DNA of 63,761 bases, the filler included, from Chiloscyllium plagiosum (lineage: Eukaryota), in the NCBI RefSeq assembly GCF_004010195.1. It is 4 parts of one record of this genome, joined end to end, with 100 filler letters (N's around TTAATTAATTAA, not from the genome) between each part and the next. Parts side by side here need not be neighbours in the genome. Positions count along the whole stretch, not along the records: positions 58,393 to 63,761 come from NC_057714.1; 3 more parts are not named here. One strand, written 5' to 3'. Positions 63,385-63,761 of the stretch are shown here, in pieces. The notes under the pieces were generated by a model, which had not been told where the DNA came from, made no database searches, and saw only the letters and a list, made by a program, of their open reading frames with translations. Positions within the stretch are counted from its first letter, which is position 1, and each line of letters starts with the position of its first letter. The translations under genes and the position numbers were made by a program.

Positions 63385-63510
63385 GAACATACAAATTAGA
63401 GAGAGGAGTAGGCCTTTCAGTCCCTCTCGTCTGAACAGCCATTCAATAAGGATGTGGCTGATCTGTTTGTGGCCACAATTCCACTTTCCCATCTAACCTT
63501 GAAAAACATT
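63385..63510 (-). mobile_element. CR1 3' UTR fragment
   Basis: ggagtaggcc..tcag.cc..gccattcaataagat.tggctgat is similar to 31500-31560. Confidence 0.6.
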
Positions 63511-63659
63511 TACCTCTGATGGGAGTAAATGAACAACATGAAGCAACCCACTTGCCTCTATGACATCATGTGGCTGAGCTAGATTTTAAACAGAAAGGTG
63601 AAGGGTTCATCGTTGGGGCAGTCTGGCCTGGGTGAGAGGCAACTTTCTTGGCAGCAGAC

Positions 63660-63761
63660 CAGGCTGCCAGATCCATCAAAGTTTTACCTGCACATCCACT
63701 AATATCATTTATTGTATCCGTTGCTCCCGATGCGGTCTCCTCTACATCGGGGAGACTGGGC
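63660..63761 (+). mobile_element. PLE GIY-YIG start, runs off the window
   Basis: FTCTSTNIIYCIRCSRCGLLYIGETG. Confidence 0.88.

Overview
Repeat-dense, AT-rich, CpG-depleted vertebrate DNA with no recognisable intact host gene. The repeat content points to an elasmobranch (shark-like) genome: HE1-like tRNA SINEs, DeuSINE/SacSINE-like elements, many CR1 subfamilies and several Penelope families. This assignment is inference from repeat families, not a database result. Most of the window is nested, decayed transposons: CR1, L2, Tx1, Rex1/Babar and RTE LINEs, Penelope-like elements (PLEs) with GIY-YIG remnants, three Gypsy gag(-pol) relics (one with 5' LTR and PBS), PIF/Harbinger transposase and Myb relics, and a TA-flanked Tc1/mariner-type element. 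Four assembly gaps are present, three carrying an artificial TTAATTAATTAA linker. Highlights: (1) a CpG-rich 43-bp tandem array stacking E-box/CLEAR, ATF, E2F and ETS motifs, running from a TG start to CCAAT and TATA boxes and cut by a gap (LTR-U3/viral-enhancer-like); (2) many minimal hammerhead ribozymes from at least three PLE families, including a 180-bp tandem pair; (3) recurrent ~200-bp fold-back PLE-terminus insertions with 13-15-bp target-site duplications. Boundaries of old fragments are approximate.
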